This document shows positions 26,498 through 39,972 of a stretch of DNA of 64,000 nt, piece after piece. How positions within the stretch are numbered: the stretch's first letter is position 1; every line of letters starts with the position of its first letter. The translations under genes and the position numbers were made by a program. The DNA is taken from NCBI GenBank assembly GCA_951406725.2, contig OX597828.1:24118001-24182000 (forward strand), given 5' to 3'. The DNA comes from Octopus vulgaris (Eukaryota). The notes below the pieces were generated by a model. The model was not told the origin of the DNA. It ran no database searches and was given only the letters and a program-made list of their open reading frames with translations.

Positions 26498-27447
26498 CAT
26501 ACATACATACATACATACATACATGTTTATAGGTAGGTATTATTATGTATGGATACTTTGCTATACAGTATAGAGGAAAAGGAGTGGAAATCAAGTCTCG
26601 TACATAGTACGATTTAATGAGCAGACTTATGGATATCGTAATCCCCGATTCACCACTGATTGGAAGAATCGATATCATCTTATTCCATGCATATTCATAA
26701 TCGGTATTTATTTTGCAGGGCAGTGGCTATTAATATGGAACTGGAAAACAAATTGAGATAAACAGAGACGTTAAGCACATACATACACACCGACACACAA
26801 ACCCACACACGGTAAGACACATATATATTATATAAGTATGTACATGTGTGAACCTTTGTTGTTTGTGTAACTCCGTATGCAGTTTTATATAAGAAATCAG
26901 AATCGTTTATGACAAGGAATAAAAATAAATTTCTTCATACATGTCTTTTTTTAACTTTTAAAACACCTCGTAAAATTTTAAATGTTGTTTATTTCCATTT
27001 ATTAGCTGCAACTGCGACTGAATTATTCATTTTATTTCTCTATGTGTCTTTACCAATATCAGTAGAATATTAAATTACCTTTATTATTTACATTTCAAAT
27101 GATGCACTAATTCGTTCAATAGTATTCTTAGCGCCAGTCTGCTACAAAGACTGACATGTAGCTGGGAAAATAGTCAGATAGGTAGGTAGAATGGTTAGTA
27201 GGAAAACTAGTAAGAAAGTAGATTGGTGGAGAGGGAGAGAGAGAGAGACGGATAGAAAGAGAGAGATACAAACAGAATAATAAATAGATAGATAGACAGA
27301 TTGATAGATAGATAGTTACACTTTTATATATATACATATGTGCGTGTGTATATGTGTGTATGTATAGTCAATTCAAATAAGCAATCAATTCAACGAGTGG
27401 ACGTGCACAAGATATGTTTTAGCTTCACGCTAGGTGGAAAGCGGTAG

Positions 27448-27480
27448 TTTGACGTTTCGAGTATAGCTCTTCGTCGGAAA
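27448..27480 (-). ncRNA. Minimal type I hammerhead motif (U4C variant)
   Basis: The minus strand reads TTT-CCGACGA-A-GAG-ctata-CTC-GAAAC-GTC-AAA. Stems I and II pair, stem III is the palindrome ACGT, and the cleavage triplet is GUC. Confidence 0.7.
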
Positions 27481-27782
27481 GGTGAATGGGAGAAATCTAA
27501 AGAAGGTAAAGAAACCACTAACAGCACATGTGTGGGTACCTGGGTAGATAGATTGAGCGATAGAGAGATAGATAAATAGAGAAATATATAGATAGATATC
27601 GTATTTCAATTCATTGGGTATTTTCGTGAGAAATGCAGAGATGAAGTTTTTGGTGATTGAGCTATGCATAATCTTTTCATAATTTAGTCATTTCGTAATT
27701 GCACCTAAAACACGTGTAAAATGTCATGATTCGGGTACACACACACACGCGCACACATACACATACATATATATATATATAA

Positions 27783-27966
27783 CGGGAAGCTTTATGAAAA
27801 TAAACAGAAGACGAAGGCAGGTGGAATACAAACAAACAATATAAATAAAACAAGTCTTTTACGTTTCGAGCCCACGCTCTTCAACAGAAAGATACACAGA
27901 AAAGAAACACGGAGAGAAACAAGGAGAGAAAAATAATGCGTGCAGAAGCTAGCGAATCAACATGGC
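27783..27966 (-). mobile_element. Short HHR-bearing repeat (GAGC-gtag-GCTC family)
   Basis: Minus strand 27892-27855 reads TCTTT-CTGTTGA-A-GAGC-gtgg-GCTC-GAAAC-GTA-AAAGA. The element is flanked by (TA)n and (TG)n. Confidence 0.8.
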
Positions 27967-28323
27967 GTGTGTGTGTGTGTCTGCATGTAAATATAATAAA
28001 ACAAGTAAATGGATAAAATTGATTTATCCAACTTAAAATTTTCAATTGAGTGTGAATTGAAACATGTGTAGGCAATATTAAACAGTGAATAAATTAATTT
28101 TATCCATTAAATATTTCCATTTTCTTGCTTAATAATATTTGATATTTTTAATACATTTTGGGAAGAGATATCTCTTAGCCATATATCCGTTAGACCCCCT
28201 GGCAGAACAAAAGATTAACAAAATCGCCAAGACAGCGATGACGAAGTGAGTAAAAATTTTATTTGTGACTTGGATGGAACCACCCTTAGAAGAGCTGTAT
28301 ATCCTCAATTTAACTGCATATGT

Positions 28324-28380
<57 letters not shown>

Positions 28381-28464
28381 TATGTATGTATTCAAAGTAA
28401 GCAACAAACATATATATGTGTGTATGTGTATGTGTGTGTGTGTGTATTTATATATATGTATATA

Positions 28465-28522
<58 letters not shown>

Positions 28523-28523
<1 letters not shown>

Positions 28524-29031
28524 TAGCAGTATCACCCGGTGTTGCTTGGGTTTGTTTCGACCCTTTAGAATTGGAATTTTTGAAACGTAAAAATTTTGCA
28601 TTATGCAACTTGTTATTCTCTTCAAGTGAACATTTTCCCACCGAAAAATGGTGACACAGCAGTCAAAAATTGTAAAAAGTAGGGATTTTCATAGAAAAAA
28701 AGCACCTTTTTGATGTAAATAATTTTGGGTGTTAACATGGTCCGATTTGAATTTTATCTTCTACAGAATGAAAAGCAAGCCTTCTATCATACTCTCAATT
28801 TTGGTCAACTTGCACTTCAGGGTCTCGAAGGATATAGTGTTAGTTGAAGGCTACCCAACCTGCCACACACAGACAACTTCAACTTTATATATATATAGAT
28901 TTGCTACACACTACTTTCCATCCTTAATAATGAAACTTGGTATATCCAAAAGTTAAAGACACAGACACACACACACAGATACACACACAGATACACACAC
29001 AGACACAAAAGTTGAGTTTTATATATATAGA
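28523..29031 (-). mobile_element. Non-autonomous Helitron with two 5' termini
   Basis: The minus strand begins A|TCTATATATATAAAA (29031), with a second TCTATATAT start at 28899. It ends with the hairpin CCCAAGCAACACCGGG followed by CTAG|T. No TSD. Confidence 0.8.
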
Positions 29032-31124
29032 TTTCTCAACGGACATTTCAGGGAGTCGCTGTCGATGTATCGTGAAGATCAAAAATCCGGCCTGCTAAAA
29101 TTTGGTTAAAGTGATTCAAACTGCAGACTCAACGCAAGATGGTCACATTTAATGCAAAGCGTTAAAAATGTTATGAAAACAATTGGTATGTGTTCACAAA
29201 GTCCAAACGATTAATACGAAAAACCCCTCCAGGCTACATCCCGAAAATTCATTTCTTTGCCGAATTTCTACAATGTTTACGGCAATTCGTTTTTATATAT
29301 CTTGTTTTATATATATAGATATATATATGTATATGTATATATATATGTGTGTGTATGTATATATATACACACACACATATATATATATGTATATGCATAT
29401 ATATGTATGTTTGTATGTTTCTATATATATATATGTATTTATACACACATACACGTATATATATTTCTGGACATTTTAAAGTGTTAATTGCTGTGTTTTT
29501 CATGAACGTGAAATTGGGTTTCAGAGTATATATATTAATTACTTGATTACTGTATATATGCGCGAGTATTTGTGCGTGTGTTTGTGTGCGTGCATGTGTG
29601 TATTCACGTGTGTTTGTGTCTGTGAAAGAGAGAGGGAAGGAGTGTGTGTATGACTGTACTAAGAGATATCGACACCTTGTGTCAAACGAATATATATATA
29701 CATACATACAATCGCTTGAGAAATCCTAATTCCCTATGCCAAATTTAAATTAATCCAGCCGGAAGAACGTCGCCATCCAGATATCTATCGCATATTATAT
29801 GCGTTTAGATGAAACTATAATTTTGTTTAGTGTTGGCAAAGCGCTCTCAAGGGCTTCTAAAATGTCACGGAATTATTATCGTTGCTACTTGTGTATATAT
29901 GTGCGAGTGTATGCATTTGTGAGTGTACATCTGTGTTTCTGTGTGTATGTATGCCTGTGTGTGTGTGTATGTCTGTGTGTGCTTCTTGGGTGGCAGTAGT
30001 GTATATTATAGTTAAATGACATCATAGTTAAACGATGAATACAAATAACCCGGAGATCGCGATACACAGATATTGTTTTGAGCTGAGTGAGGACGCTACG
30101 TTCCCTTGTTCGAAAATGTAAGGACACAGATCGTGTCGTACAGCCAGCTAGAGACGATGTCTCCTGTGGCTAAATTACAGCAACATTAGTCCTAAACCAA
30201 GACTGCGATTTTATGTTGGAAAACAATCTTTACTACAAAGGACCGTTGCTGAATATCTCACGTTGTGAGATTTAAAAATAGTAATTTTCTAATTTAAACG
30301 CAGAAGTAATTTATTCTAGGTACAGAGAATTAATATTATTTCAAGCCTTTATCGTAAGATAGATTATCTCGCACATCATTGGATTAAAACCAGCATTAGT
30401 TTATATTAATTTCGTAATATGGGCAATTAGATTAATTAGCTCAATTAAAGTATTTTAATAAAGCTAAATACCGCATTTACTAATGTATAACACAGACAAG
30501 TTTATTGTTGATCTTAAGTGGAAAAAAAAGGTAGTGTGCGCCTTATTCATGGAGAAAGGCTAAAACTATGAAGGGAAATCTTGTATAAACATTTAACGCT
30601 AAATTAGAAACAGGACTTTAACACTCGTGCGACTACTTGTGAGTAAAAACTACAGGTGTAAATTTGGTATGAAAACATCCATATTTGTTACCACTCAGAG
30701 ACCTGTCAGCCAGCAAGGCATAGACTCATGAGAACATCTTGTTTTATATATAAGTTAGAGGGGTTGTAGTTAATTTTTTCTTGAGACCTATGGCTGAACA
30801 AGCCTCTTGTCCAAAAGTCATAGCATATAAGAGTCGGGGATTACATGATCCACCCATCCCTGAACGGACGCCATTTTGTTTCAGCATTACTCAATCACAG
30901 CTGAGGAGAAAGGAGCGAATTGGAATAAAATTTTTACTCATGAATACAATACACTTGCCGGCCTGGGTATCTAATCCATGATCGAACACAGCCGAGACTG
31001 CAAAAGCCTAAACGCAAACTTATGCAGATACAGAATGTAGTTCTGTTGGCTAGCAATGTTTACATCAATGCACTAATGCACACAGATATATAAACAGACA
31101 CAAACATACACATATATAGTTATA

Positions 31125-31676
31125 CTAGCAGCGAAACCCGGTTTCACCCGGTCGGTTTGGATTATGTGGCTGTAAAACCTGCTGTATGAAAGCATTCGAT
31201 TTGTTTGGGCACGCTTACGTTGAAAAGCAATTTTAGAATTACTTTTTCTGTCAAAACGCTAAAAATAACTGACCAACAAAGAAAAACCAGGATTCAATCA
31301 AATCAAAAAATAAACCCAAATACTAAGCGAACAAAGATGAACCATCCGACTTTTATTGCGTGCGCACATATTCACATAGCCCACTCTTACATACACATAC
31401 ATATATTCACACAGAGTTGAAACTCTGTTTGATTTATTTTTTCAGCGTACAGTTTTCATCATACCACTACCAAGTATGACATCACCCCATCCTTTCTCAT
31501 TCATAAAAACAAGAGTACTATTGTAGTAGATTATCTCGGTAACCATGGGAGCTATGAAAAAAATCCAAATCGCAGCAACACCCTCGGATCATTCTACATA
31601 TCTGTGTAATTTTTCGCGCAATTGCGCCCAGTCGTTTGTCCGTGAATCCCAAGACAAGAAAGAATAGCCTCGTCAA

Positions 31677-31711
<35 letters not shown>
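31125..31711 (-). mobile_element. Non-autonomous Helitron
   Basis: On the minus strand: 5' A|TCTATATA..., a subterminal CCGG/CCGG hairpin, and 3' CTAG|T. Confidence 0.75.
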
Positions 31712-31871
31712 TTATTCTATCTGAAAAATACGGTTGACAATGGCTCGAAGTTAGTCTATCGGCGTTTTCAGGCGGTAGTGACACATACGCGCCAAACTAC
31801 TCTTATTTTCGAAGGAAATTCATATTAGAAAGAATCGGATGTGTATGATCGGAATTACAATTTTTAACAAG

Positions 31872-32270
31872 TGGCGAGCTGGCAGAAACGTTAGCACTCC
31901 GGGCGAAATGCGTAGCCGTATTTCGTCTGCCGCTACGTTCTGAGTTCAAATCCCCCGGGGTCGACTTTGCCTTTCATCCTTTCGGGGTCGATTAAATAAG
32001 TACCAGTTACGATATAATCGACTTTATCTGTTTGTCTGTCCGTGTTTGTCTCCTCTGTGTTTAGGCCCTTGTGGGTAGTAGAGAAATAGGTATTTCGTCG
32101 GCCGCTATGTTCTGAGTTCAAATTCCGCCGAGGTCGACTTTGCCTCTTATCCTTTCGGGGTCGATTAAATAAGTACCAGTTAAGTACTGGGGTCGATATA
32201 ATCGACTTAATCCGTTTGTCTATCCTTGTTTGTCCCCTCTGTGTGTAGCGCATTGTGGGCAGTAAAAAAA
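31872..32270 (+). mobile_element. SINE family A with two tandem body units
   Basis: Head GGCGAGCTGGCAGAAACGTTAGC; units at about 31919 and 32090, joined by the same GAAATAG|GTATTTC junction as the 18.5-kb array. Confidence 0.85.
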
Positions 32271-32754
32271 TGAGAATTTGTTAAAATTATAAATGTGTGT
32301 GTTTGTGTGTGTATGAGTGGGCGTGGGTGTGTCTGTGTGTGTATATACACTATTATTATCGTTGTAGTTGTAGTTGTTGTTGCTGTTGTCGTCGTCGTCG
32401 TCATCCTCGCCGTTTTATCACGGACCATCACGTCTTCAGACGACGGACGAGGTTTCTGCAATTTCTTGTTGAACAATCAGCGCAGATGCTTTGAATTGCT
32501 TAAGTGATTGAATATTTATGTTGCACATAGGTTCACTCCCTGCGTCAAATCGCCATTGCCTGTACAGGGGCACAGCTTTGCCATAACATGAGATGACGAA
32601 ATGTCTGCAGAGCAAAGTGGAGTAAAGAGATTTTCTCAAGAACACAACGCACCGCCGGCCCTGGGAAACGAAATCACCATCTGGCTACCGTAACTGCAAC
32701 TCCTTAACCATTAGGCGATGTACCTTCACATACAGACATATACATAAGCGTGTA

Positions 32755-32791
<37 letters not shown>

Positions 32792-32891
32792 ACACACATA
32801 GACGCACACACGCGCATATATAATATATGTATATATATATATGTATATATATGTATGTATATATATTTGTATATGTTTATATACATGTATA

Positions 32892-32934
<43 letters not shown>

Positions 32935-32982
32935 TTATGTATGTATATAAGTATATGTTTATTATATGTATGTATATGTATG

Positions 32983-33020
<38 letters not shown>

Positions 33021-33069
33021 TATATATATGTATATATATATACGTATGTATATATAGATATGTTTATAG

Positions 33070-33101
<32 letters not shown>

Positions 33102-33350
33102 ATAAGTATATATGTATGTATATAAGTATATATGTATGTATGTATGTGTGTATGTATGTATGCATGTATACACTGTAGCAGACGATCAGAATTGAAATGA
33201 AGCTGTGTTGCTGCATCGGTGATATGCGTGCGTGAATAAATAGGTGTAGGCTCACATTTGTAATTAAGCGGAAAATGTACTTTATATTGCTAAGTACAGT
33301 GTAATAGCATTATTGATAGCAATGTCTGCGTAAACCTACATACCTACACA

Positions 33351-33428
<78 letters not shown>

Positions 33429-34939
33429 TGTGTGTGTGTGCGTGCGTATGCACTCTGATGACTGCTTTCAAATCACACATTTCTTACAGATATTACACCT
33501 ACATTCATTACGAATGCATTCAACGTCAGAATCGGACACAATGAAACTGCCAAATAGCTTCCCTTGAATCGAACTTCATCACTCCACTGCGTTTTCCATC
33601 ACCGCCATCATCTTTTATTGCCACTGTATTTTTTCTTTCATTCCTCGTTTTTCTTATAGTCTATTCACCGTTTTTCTCTTCTCTCATTTCACATTTTCGA
33701 TATCTTGTTCTTCCCCACATTTATTTTCTGTATTCTCATTTAACTCGAATCTAGTTTTTTTCTCTTCTTATTTGCCTTCCTCTCTCACCTCAGCAATTTA
33801 TTATTGTCTCTTCTATTTTCTTCTCTCATATCTTTTATCGCTTCTCTCACACTTGCTCTTATAAACAACACATTACATTTACACCTCTAGCTTTAGATTT
33901 CTGCAAGCAATAAGAAGAAATCTATGAAAGACTATCACTAACGCTTACTAAATATAGCAACTTCATTGCAATATCAACTTCCTGATTTGCAGCATTTATT
34001 CAACAAATCTCTCATCTTAGTACGCTGTAGCTTATCTTAAAGAAACTAATCACTTCTTAACGTTTCAGTTGTTTTAGTCATTGGACTGCGACCATGCCGG
34101 AGCACTGACTGTGTATGTTTTATTCTCACGTCTGGTAAATATTCCATCTTCCTTTTCACAGAATCTCTAGGTGGCGGTATCATAAACAAACCAACACCGG
34201 TTATGAAGCGGTGATGCAGAACACATGCAACGATTCATACACACACAAGCATATATATTTTCTCGGCATTTTTCGGATAGTTGGTCCCTGATAGCGTATA
34301 TGTTTTCCTTAATGTGCGTTAACTACAGGATTAGAGCATTTCACCTCTTATTTCTAACAATGTAGGTGTTATTTGTTATTGACTCTTTCAGGTCCAACAC
34401 TCGTAAGGCGCTTTTTACGGGCTAGTTACGTGACACCAACATCGGCTATGGACTGCGATGGACTGGCGTCCCGTCCAGCTGGGGAACGCATACACCATAA
34501 AAACCAGGAAACCAGGCCCATGAGCATGGCAAGGCTTTAAAAGGGTGCGTGAAATCGTGATATGGAAAAAAATAGAAGATAGTTTCTTAAGTTACTGCGC
34601 TTGGGAACTGAACCTGAAACCAGACGACTTCAAACCGAGCTCCTTCATCACACACCCATTACTACGCCTATACTAACATGCATATGTTCCTTTTCAATTT
34701 AATGCTCGTTCCATTATTTCACGTCTATGTATATATCAATTTTCACTCTGATGTCGCAATTATTTTTTGCTATAATTCTGCAAAGCCTAATCACGATGTT
34801 ATTGTAATTTTCGAGAAAATGTTTGTCTTCATAATTCTCATTTTATTAAATTTTCTCAAATTCTCCTTTTACATATTCGACATTAGGAAACTTCAATAGA
34901 GCGACAATAGCCAATAACAATCGCAATAGTAATTTCTTT

Positions 34940-35178
34940 TTTCTAGTTGATGAAATATATTTCAATCCTATATGATTAAGTAAGCTGTAGATTTTATGTC
35001 GTATTACAGCTGTCATTTTGTAAAATAATTTCTTAACGTGTGAAAACGTTTGCTTTAAAATCACTGTAACATATGAGCCTTTGCTGTTGGCGATGGCTGC
35101 GGCAGTAGTAGTAGTAGTGGCGCGTATTCTTTAGCTGTGGTATTATAGTTGTAGTACGTATTTTTATAGCTGTTGGTA
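34940..35178 (+). repeat. About 230-bp direct duplication, copy 1 (copy 2 at 36667-36874)
   Basis: TTCTAGTTGATGAAATATATTTCAATC...GAAAACGTTTGCTTTAAAATCA...GCGTATTCTTTAGCTG is present in both copies. Confidence 0.85.
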
Positions 35179-35795
35179 GTTCGTTTTATGGTGACAATGA
35201 TGATCATGGTGAAGATGATGATGACGACGACAACGATGATGACGATGATTATGATGAGGCTTTTACTTGTGTTGGCGTTGTTAATGGCAGCGGTTACGTT
35301 GACGACGAGGACAATGAAGGAGACAAAAATTATGTGTGTGATGATAATTTTAATGACGTGGTTGGTGAGGCAGTTACTGCACAGGGTTTATCGATATAAG
35401 AAGTTCGAAAATGAATATATTTTCTTCGTCGTTACACTAAACATCGATTCAAAAACTAATTGGCGCACGGACACTTACATATTCAAACATATATATATAT
35501 ATAAATAAATAAATATATATATATAAATCTGGGTGTATTTATTTATTTATTTATGTATTGAGAATAGCAAGGTAGTCAGAATGTTGGATGGTTACATACA
35601 TTTTCATTTACGTTTTTAACGCTTTCTTCCGTTATCCGATTTATAAAAAAAGTGGTTCACAGACAGTTTGCTTCGCCTTCCTACATAACATTGCGGAGAT
35701 ATCACCTTCGACTTATCAGGGACAAAATAAAAGAAAGAAGTCTAACCCTTCCTCAATTGTCGACTGTTAATTACTCCCTATTTTGAGCTTTCAAC

Positions 35796-35844
<49 letters not shown>

Positions 35845-35847
<3 letters not shown>

Positions 35848-36015
35848 GAAGAAATCACAAAAAAAAACAAAAGACGAAGACAGGTGGTGTAGACAACAAA
35901 CAGAAGTATTAGTTTATCGCTCGGGAAGTGAGAACGTCTTTAACGTTTCGAGCCTACGCTCTTCCAGAGAAAGGAACACAGAAAGAAACAAGGAGAGAAT
36001 AAGTAGCGGCTAGCG

Positions 36016-36019
<4 letters not shown>
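35845..36019 (-). mobile_element. Short HHR-bearing repeat (GAGC-gtag-GCTC family)
   Basis: Minus strand 35973-35938 reads CTTT-CTCTGGA-A-GAGC-gtag-GCTC-GAAAC-GTT-AAAG. The element lies between (TA)n and (TCTA)n. Confidence 0.8.
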
Positions 36020-36103
<84 letters not shown>

Positions 36104-36115
36104 CTCTTCTATCTA

Positions 36116-36150
<35 letters not shown>

Positions 36151-36197
36151 AAAAAGAAATACCTATCCCACTTGTATATAGAACTTTCCTTTCTTCA

Positions 36198-36249
<52 letters not shown>

Positions 36250-36320
36250 TTTTAAAATTATCTTAAAACATATTTATGCTTCGAAATTATATATTTTGAA
36301 CTCTTTTAAAATCGTTAATG

Positions 36321-36408
36321 TACCTCTGATGAGAGAAATGTAGTCATTTTTTATGAATGGAAAATTCGCCCTTTCCAAACCGCAATTTCTTGAAACTATT
36401 GTAAGAAT
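36321..36408 (+). ncRNA. Degenerate type I hammerhead motif with long stem II
   Basis: CT-CTGATGA-GAGAAAT...ATTTCTT-GAAAC-TATT-GTA-AG, inside a 36245-36652 segment flanked by (TA)n. Confidence 0.65.
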
Positions 36409-36880
36409 ATGTACTCAGTAAAGATTCATGCTATTTTCCTCGATCACCCCCGCTCCGTGGATTACTTCCGACTAAGCTCGTCATAGATTCGTCAAAATTT
36501 GAATGCTTACGCCAATCATATTAATGCAGGTACATTTATGTATTATGTGCTTACATGATTTCTATATTTATACTTGAATTGAAACTGTGAATATGCCAAT
36601 TATGCGAAGTGACTTAATTTGATTAAGGGACTTGACCTTGAAATCGGTTCTCCATATATATATATATTTCTAGTTGATGAAATATATTTCAATCTTAGAT
36701 AACTAATTAAGCTGTAGATTTTATGTCGTATTACTGCTGTCATTGTGTAAAATAATTTGTTGTCATGTGAAAACGTTTGCTTTAAAATCATCAATGGCTG
36801 CCGTAATTGTAGTGCGTATTCTTTAGCTGAGGCATTCTTATAGTTGTTGTGCATATTCTTATAGCTGATGGTAGTGCCTT

Positions 36881-36921
<41 letters not shown>

Positions 36922-37089
36922 CTGTGCGTGTGTGTATGTGTGTGTATACATATGTGTGTATGTGTGTGTGTGTGTGTATACATGTGTGTGTATGTGGGTG
37001 TGTGTATGCTGGGCACTCCGTCGGTTATGATCAACGGAACAGCCTGCTCGTGAAATTAGCGTGCAAGTGGATTGGTACTCCACAGGCAC

Positions 37090-37266
37090 AACGGAAACAG
37101 GAAGAAAGATTGAGAGAAAGTTGTGGTGAAAGTATACCGCAGGGTTCGCCATCATCCCCTGCCGGAGCCTCGTGGAGCTTTAGGTGTTTTTGCTCAATAA
37201 ATATTCGCATCGCCCGGTCTGGGAACCGAGTCCGCTGCCCTAACCACTGGGCAATTGCGCTTCCAC
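37090..37266 (-). mobile_element. SINE family D 5' part
   Basis: GAGAAAGTTGTGGTGAAAG...GCCGGAGCCTCGTGGAGC...CCCTAACCACTGGGC matches the 13092 copy. Confidence 0.75.
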
Positions 37267-37499
37267 TATATTGTTACTGTATTCTTAAAATTAAGTATTA
37301 TTAGGAATTGTATTATTATTATTATTTTATTATTATTATTATCTAGTTTCAGCTCATGAGCTGTGGCCATTATTATTAAAATGTTTTGTGTATTGTAGAA
37401 GTACGAGCGATTCATTGCACATGGACTTTAACAACGAAATCTTATATTGATCTCCATGGTTTATGTGGTCCTCGATTCAGAAGCACTGATAGTAACATT

Positions 37500-37524
37500 C
37501 TGATGATGGCTTAGCAAGCCGAAA
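37500..37524 (+). ncRNA. Partial hammerhead core (stems III and I lost)
   Basis: CTGATGA-T-GGCTT-agc-AAGCC-GAAA, with no valid downstream cleavage triplet. Confidence 0.45.
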
Positions 37525-38242
37525 TTCTGAAGCCACAATCTAATATTGTTCCTGTAAAAAAGTAATAAAATGGTGTGTCTGTGTGTGTTTGTGTGTGTGT
37601 GTACAAAGTCAGAGAGACAGAGTCACAGAGATATATAGAAAATTACACAGTGCACATAATACACCTACACACACACACACATGCTGACATATATATTATA
37701 TACGTGTGTGCTTCGACCAGTAATTCAGTGATTACATTACATTGTTTAAACTAATATACGTATGCAATTTTCAACCTAAGCCTCTAGCAAGCAAAAAAAT
37801 ATATATATATAAAAACCCAAAAACTATTTAATGTAAACAGACGCCGATTCACAAATTAACTCAGCTCTTCATACAATTTTAATTCAATTTTCCTGTTTCT
37901 TTTCTTATCACTAACCTCCATTATTAACACACTGACAATTTTCTTTCAATTGTTTCGACCTCCTATTTAAACGATTTGTGCCCCACCAACAGACAATCAA
38001 GGTAGATTTTACAGAGATTGTCTCTGTTTTAGTTTCGTTGATTCTTCTTCTTTTCCCCTCTTTCTTTTCTTTTTGGCATTGAACCAAGTTTATTGTAAAC
38101 ATATTCAATTGTGTGCATAGCTATATTTAGAATCATCTTCCGAATCAATATATTCTAAAAAATATAACTTCCAATAGTTTTTGACTCTTAGCCGTTCTCA
38201 CGTCTCTCATTTCTTCAACCGACATATATATATATATATATA

Positions 38243-38425
38243 GCGAGAATTCAAAACCAAAACAAAAGACGAATACAGGTGGTGAAGACAACAAACAGAT
38301 GTATTACTTTAACGATAGGGAAGTGAATAATTCTTTAATGTTTCGAGCCTACGCTCTTCCACAGAAAGGAACACAGAAAGAAACATGGAGTGAAAATAAA
38401 GTATGTGTAGTGGCTAGCGATCTAC
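38243..38425 (-). mobile_element. Short HHR-bearing repeat (GAGC-gtag-GCTC family)
   Basis: Minus strand 38368-38333 reads CTTT-CTGTGGA-A-GAGC-gtag-GCTC-GAAAC-ATT-AAAG, next to (TA)n. Confidence 0.8.
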
Positions 38426-38443
38426 ACATCCTATATATATGCA

Positions 38444-38657
38444 CGAGGGAATGCTGAAAATTCCTGGCTTTAAGGGTATCGCGAATGGCCTTGTTCGAGG
38501 CCCGACCTTCCGAGTTCTTTTACAGGTCATAGAAAACTGAAGGACTGCTGCACTAAAATTGTGAATCTGAGAGGGAGATGCTTTGAATAAAATCATAATT
38601 AACTGATCGTTTTGTATTCATTTTACCCAAAACCAGGAACATTTCAGCACCTCTTCG
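38444..38657 (+). mobile_element. Mariner-derived MITE (about 214 bp)
   Basis: Imperfect TIRs CGAGGGAATGCTGAAAATTCCTGG and CCAGGAACATTTCAGCACCTCTTCG. The interior retains the decayed transposase C-terminus (IEKLKDCCTKIVNLRG). Confidence 0.75.
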
Positions 38658-39911
38658 TTTGCATTTACATAAATACATACACGTCGGTTGTAGTTGAATG
38701 TCTTCATAGTGTATTGTTCATTTGTTCTAATATTTTTAATACCTTTCTGTAATTTATGGGGCTTTGATGTTTTTTGTACTTTTCATTAGTAAAATAGTTT
38801 TCGCCATTTTTATTGATAATTTATTCTATTTGTTTACACTAAGACTGCACGCGTTTAATTTTTATAAACACTAAGACCTATATATTTTTTACGTTTAAAA
38901 TTCAGTTATATTATTTTCATCGACAAGCTAAGAAACGGTTTTTGCTTATAAATATTATTTGGCTTTTGAATTATATTGGGTTTGATTATTATTGTTATTA
39001 TTATTTTTATTATTAATGTTGTTGATATATTATTATTTATATATATATTGATAGTTACAAGTTATGATAGTATTAATTATGATATCTATTTATTTAGAAT
39101 GCTTTATTATTATTTATATAAAGGGATTTAACGTATTACATATAATTTAATGTGAGAATTAATTTTGTTAGACAATACATTATTTAATAATTATATGGTA
39201 CAGTTATCAAGTAGTATTACATTTAAGTAAATTAATTTTATATTAATTGATATTTTGGTCAACTATATTATTGAGTGATATATTAAATCTATAGATACTA
39301 CATATATATATTAATTATATAGTTAGTTTATATAATGGGTGTGTCTATATTTGAACCATTTCTTATTTTGGATTCCAGTATTTATGGCTTGTACTAGCAT
39401 TGTGTATATTAATTAATTTTAAGGTTTTTAGTATTAATTGCTTAATGTGTATTAGACTGTATTTTGATGATAATTAAATAAATATATTAATTAATAACTT
39501 GATTTAATGTATATAGTTTAAAGTGTTATATTTAGTTTTCAATTAATGTATATTTTGTATCTTATATATATATATTAAACAGATTATATTTATATTTTAA
39601 AAGATTATTTACGTATATGTATTAATTAAATATTTTATTATTGTAGGTATTTTTAACCTGATGAGTAACAATATTTATATTGAAGTGATTTTACTACTAC
39701 TAATATTTTTACTATAAAAATATATTTTTTTTATCGTATATTTAATATTTCTATTATATGTAATTTTCTAGCTGTTGTAATTTAATTTTTCATTTAAGAA
39801 TTGATAAAAGGTGGGGGTTTTTTCTCATTTATATATATATTATATTTGGGAAATTTGATTTAGTATTTCTAAATCCAGTTGTTCCCTGTAAGTTTGGAAT
39901 AATATTCCCTC

Positions 39912-39972
<61 letters not shown>

